From: Octopus sinensis
Taxonomy: Eukaryota
Length of the DNA stretch: 64,000 nt
Direction: 5' to 3'
NCBI RefSeq assembly: GCF_006345805.1
Contig: NC_043003.1
Span: 101,494,001-101,558,000 of the forward strand
Both the position numbers and the translations under genes were made by a program. The notes under the pieces were generated by a model. The model was not told the origin of the DNA. It did not search any database and worked only from the letters and a program-made list of their open reading frames with translations. This document shows, piece after piece, positions 38,476 to 50,400 of this stretch. Positions within the stretch are counted from its first letter, which is position 1. The number at the start of each line of letters is the position of its first letter.

Positions 38476-41400
38476 CAGTTGTATAGATGTGAAGGCACAT
38501 GGCTTAGTGCTTAGAATATTCAGCTCACAATTGTAAGGCCATGCATTCGATTCCTGGTGGTGCATTGTGTCCTTAAGCTAGACACTTTATTCCACATTGT
38601 TCCAGTCCACTCACCTGGTAAAAATGAGTTGTACCTTTATTTCAAAAAGTCAGCTTTGTCACATTCATTCTCTGTTATGCTGAATCTCCTTGAGAACTAT
38701 GTTATGAGGAGCCTCACAGCCAGGTTGTCTGTTGATTGGATCAACTGGAACACTCTGTCACTGTTGTAACCGGCAGTATAGATGACAACTCTGCTTCTAT
38801 TTTCACTCCTTGATATAAATGTAGGCTTAATTTCAATACACAGAACACCTTATTTGACATGACCCAGTGGCAACTCTTGTACAGAAGTATATGAATATAC
38901 TTTTGACCATAGGTCTGCTCACTTAAATTGTAACTAAAATATCAATGTGTATGTATAATTAGTCAGAATTTGAGGGAATAATTACTGAAATAAATCAAAA
39001 TCCCAAGTTTATGTATTCCAATGGTTCACCTCATAGTAGTTCTAAGTTTGTGTGAAACTTCATTGATAAACATGCTAATGAACTTGCTCTAATAGCCAAG
39101 TCACTGCCAGATTTGATCCAATAGATTTGGATATGTGAAAAAAATAGAATATGTGGTGAGGACTTGGCACTAACACAAACATGTTTTGCTGTGAATTTGT
39201 TGTTACAGGTAGATTTTACTGTGACATATAACTAATTTTTGTATTATTCTATTGTACTAACTAATTATGTACTACTATTATTTTTTATAACCTATTTTGA
39301 AATTTCTAATTAATAAATAATTTTAAAAAATATTTTGAGTTATTTTTAATAGAAGTATCAAGTATTAACAAATAGAAGTAATAAAGTTCTTAGTTTTAAT
39401 AAAAGCTAATATTTTCTAAATCTAAATGTTTTATTTGAAATTTTACCCTTAGCTGCAATATTTTAAGTAAAAATTTTCTTGTTCTGTACTTGACCAGATG
39501 TAATAACTTGTCCTGTAATTTTTCAGGTTTATAATCTTAAAAATATTATTTCTCTTGCTTGCATTTTTCCATTCTTGTCAAAGGATACATGTTCACTGAA
39601 CTTAAAGGTGGTGGTGTTTGACATACAAAATTGATATTAGAATAAATCCTGTTGGAATATAATTCAGTTATTTTTATAACTAAATTATAATTTTTTCTCC
39701 AACAATCTGAAAATGTTCAATTTTTACAAAATATCTTCCCAAAACTTCATAGTTTGTAGTTCAGTCTGTTGTGTGAAAAAGGACTTTCACTTGTTTGGCT
39801 GATAATAGCCTGATTACAATCTCTGCAACCAAAAACTACAGATGGCAGGAAACCTAATAAGATAAGAATTGTGATCTCCCTCACATTTACTCTATTTTTT
39901 TCTGGCCCATTGTCGTCATCATTTAATATCCATCCTCTATGCTGGCATGGGTTGAGTGGTTCGACAGGACTGCATTAAACTCCAATATATGTTTTGGCAT
40001 GGTTTCTACTGCTTGATGCCCTTCTTCATACCAACTATTTTACAGAGTGTACTAAGTTTTTTTTTTCTTCCTGTGACATCAGTGCTTGTGAGGTTGCCAA
40101 GTAGCTCCAAAGACTCCCCAAACAGCCTAATTTCCCCTCATCATATTGGCTGTTATCAAATATAAGAAAAAAGTACATGGGAACAACTGACCAACGATAA
40201 ATTATTTTTTGTGGCAAGAAGCATGTTTGGCCTAACAAAGATATTAATGCCAGAGATGATTTAATCACTCAATATTTTCTTCCCTTACAGTTTCAGTCAT
40301 TCACAATCTATAGATCTGCAATTGAACAAAGAACACCTCAAGAGAAAAGTGCATTGCAGAGGAATCCTAAGGTTAGCTTGATTTTTATTGTTTTTTGTAT
40401 TTGCAAGAATTTTACAAAATAATTTCTAGTGTCTGTGCATACACACACTATACTTCTTTGTATAGCATCTTGTTTTTTGAAAGCTTGCTTCTTCATTGTC
40501 TTTACTGTTTGTTGTAGGTTTGGAATGTTCACAGTGTTCTAAATGCACTTCATTCCCTTGTTGAGAAGTCCAATATCAACCGTCAATTAGAAGTATACAC
40601 TAGTGGTGGTAAGTTCCATTAAATTTTATTAATCTTGGTAGAAATTTTTTTTACCATGAAATTTATTCTTTGTCTTTGAAGTCTGAGCTAATGGCAACAT
40701 TTACAATTTCATTGAGCACACACTTTCTGTACAATTAATTATTCTAATACAGGGGTCTCCAAACTTCTTATATCATTAACCTTTTTATGGAATCATAAAT
40801 GACTTACTACCCCATCATATAAATTTCTAAAATAACATTAAAAGGCATAATGAAGAAAAAATTTCTTGATTAAAGGCAATAATTCCTTTATTCTTTGAAC
40901 ATAACCACATTTTAATAAGAAATATTTTAAAGAAAATACGTAACAAAATTGACAAAAGAACATTAAAAACTATGTGCTTAGCGATTAGTAGTTATTACAT
41001 TGATATTTGGCTGGAAATTTGTGAGTTTTAACTGAAGTTACTGCCCTCCTGCAGAGTCATTCAGTTTCTCTCCTTCAATGAAAATTGTGATATCTTCATA
41101 AAACCTGTGAATTTGTCCTTATTTATTTTTAAGACCACATTTTTAAATGCATTTCATCATATGACAGAGATCTCTAAAGCTCTGGCAAAATAATAATAAA
41201 TGTCTGTGTTCTTGTTAACCCATTCATTACTATATTTCTAACCAAAATACACCCCTTATGTGTTTCAATTAATTTCTAACACAATCATAAATTTAGTCTG
41301 GTTTCATTAAACAACTATAACTTTTTTATTTATCAATATATTAATGTGATTTTTGGAAGATAATTTAACGAAAGGTTCTCCACCAATTCTATACTATAAT

Positions 41401-44400
41401 TTTTGTCACAAAGTGACTCTAATTGCAGGTAGATACAGGTAAATTCAACAAAATATAAAATTATTAAAATTTTTGTTCAAACATCACTATAGAAAATGGG
41501 TTATTAGCTAATATTCAATTGGGTATACAACAAAATTTTACTATAGAAGAGTTGTGCACATTACTGGATTCATCGCTACTCCAGTAATTTGTTATTCTGG
41601 ATAACTTTCTAATGCCCATAATAATATTTATGGCAAAATAATGCCTTAATTTCGGAAAATGAAACATCAGATTCATTATCAAATACCATGTGCTTTTTTT
41701 TTTTCCAGTTATAGAGTTAGATTTATCAAGGTCTTCAGTGGGAAATCTTTCGAATTCTGACTCGCTGCTTGACAGAAGGAAATTCGTATAATCACGTGTT
41801 TTCATGAATGTACTAATGAGATTTACTCTGATATTCTCATTTAAATATGAATAGGTGATTACGGGCGGTTTTGGGCAGCTTGGTCACATGAACCAAAATT
41901 TTTTCAGGTGGCTTTGGGTGGTTTGGTAACAAAAGGGTTAAATATTGAATATTATTGTATTTATCTGGCATTGGTTTGGTACTTGCCTCTCAGACATAGT
42001 CTCTGCTAGCAGATTCTTGTCTAATCATCTTTCATCCTGTGGGCACATTGTGACACTTTGCCATCATTATTTTTCTTTCCAGTTCCATCCACAATATTCC
42101 CACCCACTATTATATAATGTGAGGTAGCCATATATTTCCTCTGCAGCAAGAAACCTGTTATTGTCTCTTCTTTCATACTTTATCTTATCAATATCTTGCA
42201 TAAATCTGCCTCCATTTCTGTTATACTCCTATTCAGTCAAGTTATATGGCAACCTCACTGGTTCTGGTACCATGCAAAAAAAAACACATACACACACCCA
42301 GTAAAGTGGTTGGCTTTAGGAAGGGTATCCATTCATAGAAACCATATCAAAGTGGGTATTGGAGCATGGCACAGTTCTCCAGCTTGCCAGACCCTGTCAA
42401 ACTATCCAGCCTATGTTTGTATGAAAGACAAACGTGTGGTGGTGGTAGTGGCTGCATTTGGCCATGCTGAAAACAAAATGATCCTTTCACTAATTAGTAA
42501 TGCTAAACATGAAAACAGGACCAAAATAGGAACCAAAATGTACAGTAGACATAATGACAAGCAGAACAGCCAGAAGTGAAGAACATTTCATAGACTTAAA
42601 TAAATGTAGCCTTGCATTGAATGTATTATCACAGTTTTGCCATTTTGATTCCAGGTGACCCTGACAGTGTTGCAGGTGTATTTGGACAACATGCTCTGTA
42701 CAAGATGTTGGGTTATTTCAGCTTAATAGGCCTACTGCGAATGCATTCACTTTTGGGCGATTACTATCAAGCCTTGAAAGTTCTAGAAAACATTGATTTT
42801 AATCAAACGGTAAGTTTCCCGTATTTTATAATTCTAATTTAATATTTTAATTCATTTATATATATATATATATTCCTTATTTGTTCTTTGCTGACATGGA
42901 GTGTGTTTATAATGCACTTGCAATTTTTTATTTGTATTGTAAAGCTGTTGTTGTTTAGTAATTAGTCATCTCTAACTGAGCAGAGCTGGCATTCCAGTCG
43001 TGACCATCCTGTCTTTCCTTTGAGCATAGCTTATCCAGGACTACATTATCCAACATGTCCCTTTCTTTTCAAAGTGGTGGGGTGTAGTTAGAGATATTTG
43101 GCTGCTATTTTTAGCAAGTTGGGGGAATCATTATTTCGAAGTATTTTGTCATTGTGCTTGACTATCAGTCTTTAGCCCTTAATAACAAATTCAGCATGGG
43201 AACATCGACACAGATTGTATTTTGACTTTAATTATTACATTGAATCCCTAATCAACAAATTTATTTATTGAGCCTTTTGATACCAGCTCACTTGAGACTG
43301 CCCCTGGTTATATGATCTGGCTTCTCACAACAGCCCTACAATATCATTCTAAAAATTAAGTTATCTCATCAAAATCTCAAGGCTACAAGATAAAGCTTGG
43401 TTGAATTCAAAATAATATGAATAAAGAAGTATTGCTTTTGACAGAATAATGTAAATACTAATTAATTTATGTTCAAAACACTAGTTTAATGGCCAAGTTT
43501 TATTACTAAGTTCTTCATTATTTTCAAAATTTATTGAAACTAAGGCAATGTATTTCAGTAGAAATGTAGTAACAAAAAGGTTAATGTGTATACAGCCCTA
43601 TTACTTGGGAATAGATTGTTTGCAAAGATTTATAATTGAAATATACTGTTAACTAGATTAAAACTTCTTTTAGCCTGATGTTTTTCTGGAGAATTTAAAT
43701 GAAACTAACAATTTCTAATATTCCCACTTTCAGAATAAATATTCTTGTGTGCCAGCATGTCAGATCACCACCTTTTATTATGTTGGATTTGCCTATATGA
43801 TGATGCGCCGGTACCAAGATGCCATTCGTACATTCTCCAACATTTTACTCTATATTCAGCGTACTGAACAGATGTTCCAGTATAAGGTTCAGCTGTATGA
43901 CCAGGTATGGATGTCACTGTTAATACTTCACGCATTATTTTAATTGAGAGAAAGGCCTCAAGATGGCAGAATCATTAGCAGTCAAACAAAATACTTGATG
44001 ACATTTCATCTGTCTTTATATTCTTTCAAATTCTACCGAGATCAACTTTGCCCTTCATCTTTTCAGGCTCAATAAATTATCATTTGAGCATTGGGTTAGT
44101 GTAATCAAATATGATAGAATAGCTATGACACTACAGAACATGTATTTATATAATTCGGTTGTATGATGTCACTGTTAATACTACACTTATAATTTCAGTC
44201 TAAATATTGCACAGGAGCTGTGTGGTCTAGGTGTTACACTACTGAGCTTATATTTGTAACTTCAAATCTCATGCTCCTTGTCAAGACATAGCTCTACATG
44301 TTTTACATTGTGTCACTCTTGGCTGGTTAGCTGCAGGGAAGGTATCTAGTACTGAAATATCTGGCTTTGATTAACATTACATGTTTGGCCAGACCAGACA

Positions 44401-47400
44401 TCAGTTACTTATGTCACTTTGTTAAAAATCTAGCTATATATATTATTTGTATTGTTTTCATTACAATCACCTCATGCTAATTTTCACACATACAGTTACT
44501 GCACATCCTGTTCCTCTAATCACTGCTTAGACAAGTACAGTGAAGTCGTCTTTCGTGGGGACGTTGAAGAGGATCTAAACATATTCAGAGTTGTTTCCCC
44601 ATGCTTGTCAGAATAATTTGACTGTATGGAGCATTGACTAATATTGTCTTAGGTTCACTACACAATTTTTTCAGTGATCACTATATTAAATATATCGATA
44701 TATTCCTGAAAGACACCTGCTTTTGTCACTGTTTTTGTTCTCTTCTCTTCACTTTACAGATCAACAAAATGAATGATAAAATGTACATGTTGTTGGCCAT
44801 CTGTTTGGTTCTTCACCCGATGCGTATTGATGAAAGTGTTCATTTCAGGTTACGGGAAAAATGTGGAGATAGTATGTTAAAAATGCAAATGGGGTGAGTC
44901 AGTCCTTTTCATATTTGATCCCTTTTGTTTTGGTCTGTTAGCACTGAATTCTAAACGTTGCTGAGGAAAAGAGAAATGAAATTTAATTCTTTTGATACCA
45001 ACTGGCTGCCTGAGCCCAACCCAGACTCTATGGTGTCCCAGACAGTTTAGATAATGACAAAGTTATTGCACTCAATTAGGCAATTCTCATCATTATCTTC
45101 ATCATTTAGCATCTGCTTTTCATGTTGACCGAAGCTGGTAAGATGGATTGTTGCTGGAAAGAAAATATTTTGTATTTCCTTGCTTACTTGAATCTGCTTT
45201 ATTAGTCCTAACTTTGTTTTACTTTTTATTTGAAGGAGTATAAATGATTTTGAGCAGTGCTTCAGTAGAGCCTGTCCCAAATTCTTGTCTCCTGTTACAC
45301 CTGATTATGAAAAGGAAAATATGACCTTCAGCAAGGTATCTTTATATTTTATTTTGCTTTATATCTTTTTATATTAAATGTGTGTGTATGGATAATTTTG
45401 ATAGAAGAACTAGAATCTCTGTTCCTGTGGATTTGTGATCTGAGAACTTTTTATGGCAAAGTATTCACTCTGTTTCCTACCAGCCTTTATTTTTTGTTTA
45501 ACCCTTTACCAGATTTCTTTATCAAATGTAATACTTATTTATTCATATTGCTTTGAATTAAGCATGCATTATCTTGTAGCTTCCAGATATTGATGATGTT
45601 ATTTTTACATTGACATAGTAAGTGTAAGAGACCAGATCTGACTGGTTTCAATATAAAACAGGAATATTTTCGCTTGATATGGCTGGTTTAAATGCTAAAG
45701 GGTAATTAAAGAAAGTAGTGTAATTTGAAATCAAAACGAGTTTAAGTTTGTTCCAAAGCATTCTTAGCATCTGTCAGAAATGTCAAATTTTTTTCATTTA
45801 TGACTACTTCCTCCAAAGTTGAGCACAATATTACTGTAAGGAATTCTTGTAAGTTTGGGTGAAATGATTTTCAAATTTTGTGTTTGGTAGCTGGGGCTGT
45901 CAGCATTTAATATACTCTTTCCCCTGCTTGCATGGAATGTGCGGAATTTGTTGAGGCAAATTTTCTGTAACCAGACGCTCTTTTTATTGCCAGTTCTCAC
46001 CTATTTCCAAGTAAGGTAATATATTTTCATGTGACCAAATACTCTTTCTTGGATGATTGGGAATAAGCAACATTGCTTGCATAACAGTCATGCTCATTTA
46101 CAATCATCACATGATGTCAATACAATAGTGCATGCAAACACACACACACTCATGTGGTTGGCATTAGGAAGGGCATCCAGCCATAGAAACCTTGCCAAAG
46201 CAGTCCTTGACTCGAATCATTGTCAAACCATCCAACCCATGCTGGCATTGAACATGGATGTTAACTGATGATGATAGCAATCTACTTCCAGTTTCTATCT
46301 ACCAAATTCTTTCACAAAGCTTTGCTCAGCCCAGGACTATAGTAGAAGACACATGCCTAAGGTGTCGTGGAGCGGGACTGACCCAAGTCACATGGTTGGA
46401 AAGCAAGCTTCTTGTCTACTACTTCACAGTTGGCTGGTGACATGACTTTTTGTAAAGACGAATCATTAAGTAGAATTTCAAATGTGAAAGCATATGCATG
46501 CCAAACTGATGCCTTGGGTTTGTTTCTCCTGTTTTTTCAGTATCCTTATGAATTACAACAGAAAGTTTTTCTACGAGAAGTGGAACAACAATTTAACTCG
46601 CTTAATATTCGCAGGTAATTTGGTTTTTTAGTGTTACCATCTCTCTTTTCTTTCTCACAGTTAAGTTATTAAAGATAGTCAACACCAATCACTCACAATA
46701 TGTTGCATGTCCTGGCAAGGAAAGTAAACTCTTAGTTTTATTTTCCCTACATGGAACATCCACAGTTAAAGAAAAGTCTTAAGAGAACTGACATTTTCTT
46801 CCTTAGGTGGATCCTAAGACTTGGTCTTTGGCAAAGCATTATTAGTGAAGTTGTTAACAATATCCTTCCTCAATGTATTACAAATGATGCAAATATCTTT
46901 GTTATTGAACCATTGTTTCTTGTCAACATCTCTATTTTTCCAGTTTTGGGTGGGCTTTTTTTTTTTTTTATGATATTTCATGTGATTGCTATTTTATGGT
47001 CAATCTTTGTCCCTTGTATATGTCAGTAAAGAATTAGCGATCAGTTGGTGGCCACAGGTCTAGGCTAAGGAATTTAGAGATGTAGGTTTTACACTGATAT
47101 CTCTAATGTTGATAGTGTATTACTGTGGCTCTTGTAAATTCTATCAGCAATGATAGAGGCTGAGTGGCAATAAGGTTTAGGTGCTACACTGCTGGTGCTG
47201 GTTTCACAATCATGATTCAAACCTCTCTATTGCAACCATTGCAGTATACCTGTTATTATTTTGGTTGTATGGTTTAGCTTTACTCCAACAGTGAAGACAT
47301 TTACTATAATGATATGCATGTTAGTTGCACTAACAGTATAGCATTATAAGTTTCCCAGCAGGTAGTGAAGCATGTAATCCAGTGTATTTTAGAGGTTTCA

Positions 47401-50400
47401 TATTTATGTAGTGAATCTGGGAGTATCATCTCAGAACTAATGAATATAGTCAGTGTCTCGGCTAATAATCCACCACACTGTCCATGTATTCAAGTATCTG
47501 AGCTTCTCAAATAATTTTGTGATTTGTTCTTTGATAATTTCTGAGTTTTGATATAATTATAACTTTTTTTTTTCAGTTTCCTCAAGTTATACACTACCTT
47601 GCCTATTCCAAAGTTGGCAGCTATGATTGACATTGTAAGTTCCCTTTCTTTGTACTGTGGCACAAGTATACTAAAATACTGTTGTTTCTGAAATCTCAAA
47701 GAACTTTTAAAGACCAGTGTTTAACTCTACTCTTAAAGTGTTCAGATCATGAGAAATAAATCTCCCTTGCTTATGATGCTGCCATGTTTCAAATAACATG
47801 TTCTGGTAATCTGTGGTAGATCAGACCAGCTCTGGTATTTGATCTATAACTATAATGTTGATTCTGAAGTACTGGATGTTAAAGTCAACCTTCACTGTAT
47901 TTAGAATTCAAAGCATAGAGGGACATAAGTACATACTGTAATCATTTTGTCTGGCATTCTATCAATCCTGCTAGTCCACTACCATCAATAATATTAATTA
48001 TGCTAACTTTTTGTTTTTATATGTACCTGTTGTGTGCATCAGGCTTCAAAGAAGTGGCAAAGTGAGAGGGAAAGAGACAGTGAGTGGTGACAGCATTCGT
48101 TTTTGTGTTTTTAAATGTTTCATAACCCTTGGTCTACCAGAGAAAATGTATGTCACTAATTACCAACTGGGTCCAATGGACCCAATATTTTTCTTTTAAT
48201 TAAATTTTATTCAAACTACCACTATTTCTTAGCTACATTATATATGTTATCAGGTGAATGAAGAATTATTGTTTCTCATAATTTTTAATAAGAAAAATAC
48301 AACTCACAGAACATAGTATAAATTTTAAAAATTACAAAAATACACAATCACAGCTCATCATGGCAGTGAATGCAGACAACATTGGAATGTTCTTGGCAAA
48401 CATGGATATTATAATTCTTACATCTAGTACAAGTTTTCCCGTCTTTTTTTTTTTGGACCACACAAAGAACACCTTCCTTTTTTCTTTGGCTTAGGAATCT
48501 CAAATGAAGTTGAAGATAGTCTTCTTTTCTTGTTTGGTTGAGAAATGTTAGCGGAACAAGGAGATTGTTTGTCACGTTCTTGTTTAGCATATATCCAGCA
48601 AGTTCCTTTCCTAAATGAATTTGGCACTGTCTTCTTTTATCCTTGAAACTTAGCAACAATGAAAGTATTCACTGCACTTATATCAATCACTTTGTAGAAT
48701 ATAACCATAGGCCATCTTCGAGTCATTCTTTTGCAAGTGTATGTCCCTGCCATCTTGTTTAGAGTATCTACTCCTCCTTTTGTTTTGTTGTAACATGTTA
48801 TAACTTCAGGTTTCTTTCCAGCACTTTTTGAATCATTTGGAGGCTGAGAGTGCATTGTACTCATAAGCGTGACTACATAATTTTTCTTGGGACAAAAAGA
48901 TAGGATCGTAGAATCCTTTTGAAATCCAAATATTGTGCTGTTAATTTCTCTTTCTTTTTTATTTGCGAAAGCACTTGAAAGTTCAACTCTCTTCTTTCTA
49001 ATTGTTCCAACTAAAGTAATTTTCTTGCTAAGCAGCTTTCGAGCTAATCCCAAACTTATTAAAAAAAATTATCACAAGTTATATTCACCTGACTGGCTTC
49101 CATACCGGTGGCATGTAAAAAGCACCCACTACACTCTCGGAGTGGTTGGCATTAGGAAGGGCATCCAGCTGTAGAAATATTGCCAGATCAGATTGGAGCT
49201 TCCTGGCCTGCCAGTCCCCAGTTAAACCATCCAACCCATGCCAGCATGGAAAATGGATGTTACACAATGATGATGATGATGATGATGACATAAGAGAGAA
49301 AGATAGTGAGAGAACGAGTGAAAGAGATAGTGAGTTGTGACGGCGTTCGTTTTGTGTTAACTCACAAATGGCTGAGTACTCCACAGACATGCATTACATT
49401 AACGTAGTTCTCAGGGAGATTCAGCCTCACACAGAATATGAAAGGCAGGCCCCTTTGAATTACAGCTACAACTCAAGACATATATGAATGTATTTGAGTG
49501 TGTGTATAGGTTAGTTAAAACGTGTTTGCAGTAATAAGTGTCGCATGGTGGAGATTAATGCAATTGCCAAACTTTGATTCATAAATCCATTTATTATTTC
49601 GTTCTTTTGCATTTCAATTTGTACCCAGAAATTTTCAACAACTGCATGCCAGAAGAAATGGGAAAATGAGTAATTTTATCTCCTAAAAATTCTTACTGTC
49701 TTGCAATAAATGAAAAAGTTCTTAATATCTTCTTTCTAATTGTTCCAACTAAAGTAATTTTCTTGCTAAGCAGCTTTCGAGCTAATCCCAAACTTATTAA
49801 AAAAAATTATCACAAGTTATATTCACCTGACTGGCTTCCATACCGGTGGCATGTAAAAAGCACCCACTACACTCTTGAGCACACATTCAGTGTCCTGCAA
49901 TAATGAAGAGGAGGTTCAGAACTATCCATTTGAATTCAGCAACTCACTCCATCCGGTATGCCTCCTCATTGCCTCAACTTAAAAATAGGGGCTATTGTAA
50001 TGCTGCTAAGAAATCTTTCGATCAGTCAAGGATTATGTAATGGAATTCGCATTAAAGGGCAAAGACTTCATGAACATTGTGTAGAGGCATCATTGGTAAC
50101 AGGCTTCATCAGAGGTCGTACAGTTCTAATTCCCAAAATTAAACTTAGCCCAAGTGATGCAGATATCCCATTCACACAGACTTCAGTTTCCACTTTAACT
50201 TGCATATTCAGTGACAATTAATAAGGCTCAAGGGCAAATATTTGAAAAAGTTGAAATGCATTTGCCTCAGCTCGTATTTTCTCATGACCAATTATATGTT
50301 GCATTTTCAAGAGCATGAGCTATAAACAATATCAAAGTAAGAGTTATGACACTCAATTGGGATAACAAACAAGGCCAAAAACATGGTGTGTGATATACAC

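Noticed and set aside
45049-45098. Hairpin AGATAATGA...TCATTATCT in intron 12
   Set aside because: It is short, AT-rich and adjacent to a MITE remnant, so it is not distinguishable from chance or transposon debris.
46431-46513. Possible C/D snoRNA (CTGA plus short terminal stem; AAGCATATG complementary to the 18S 5' end)
   Set aside because: No proper RTGATGA box, the complementarity is not adjacent to a D box, and CTGAT is more likely the branch point.
45336-46540. Intron 13 donor GTATCTTT resembling the U12 consensus GTATCCTT
   Set aside because: There is a mismatch at +6, no TTCCTTAAC-type branch site, and a normal polypyrimidine tract, so it is treated as U2.
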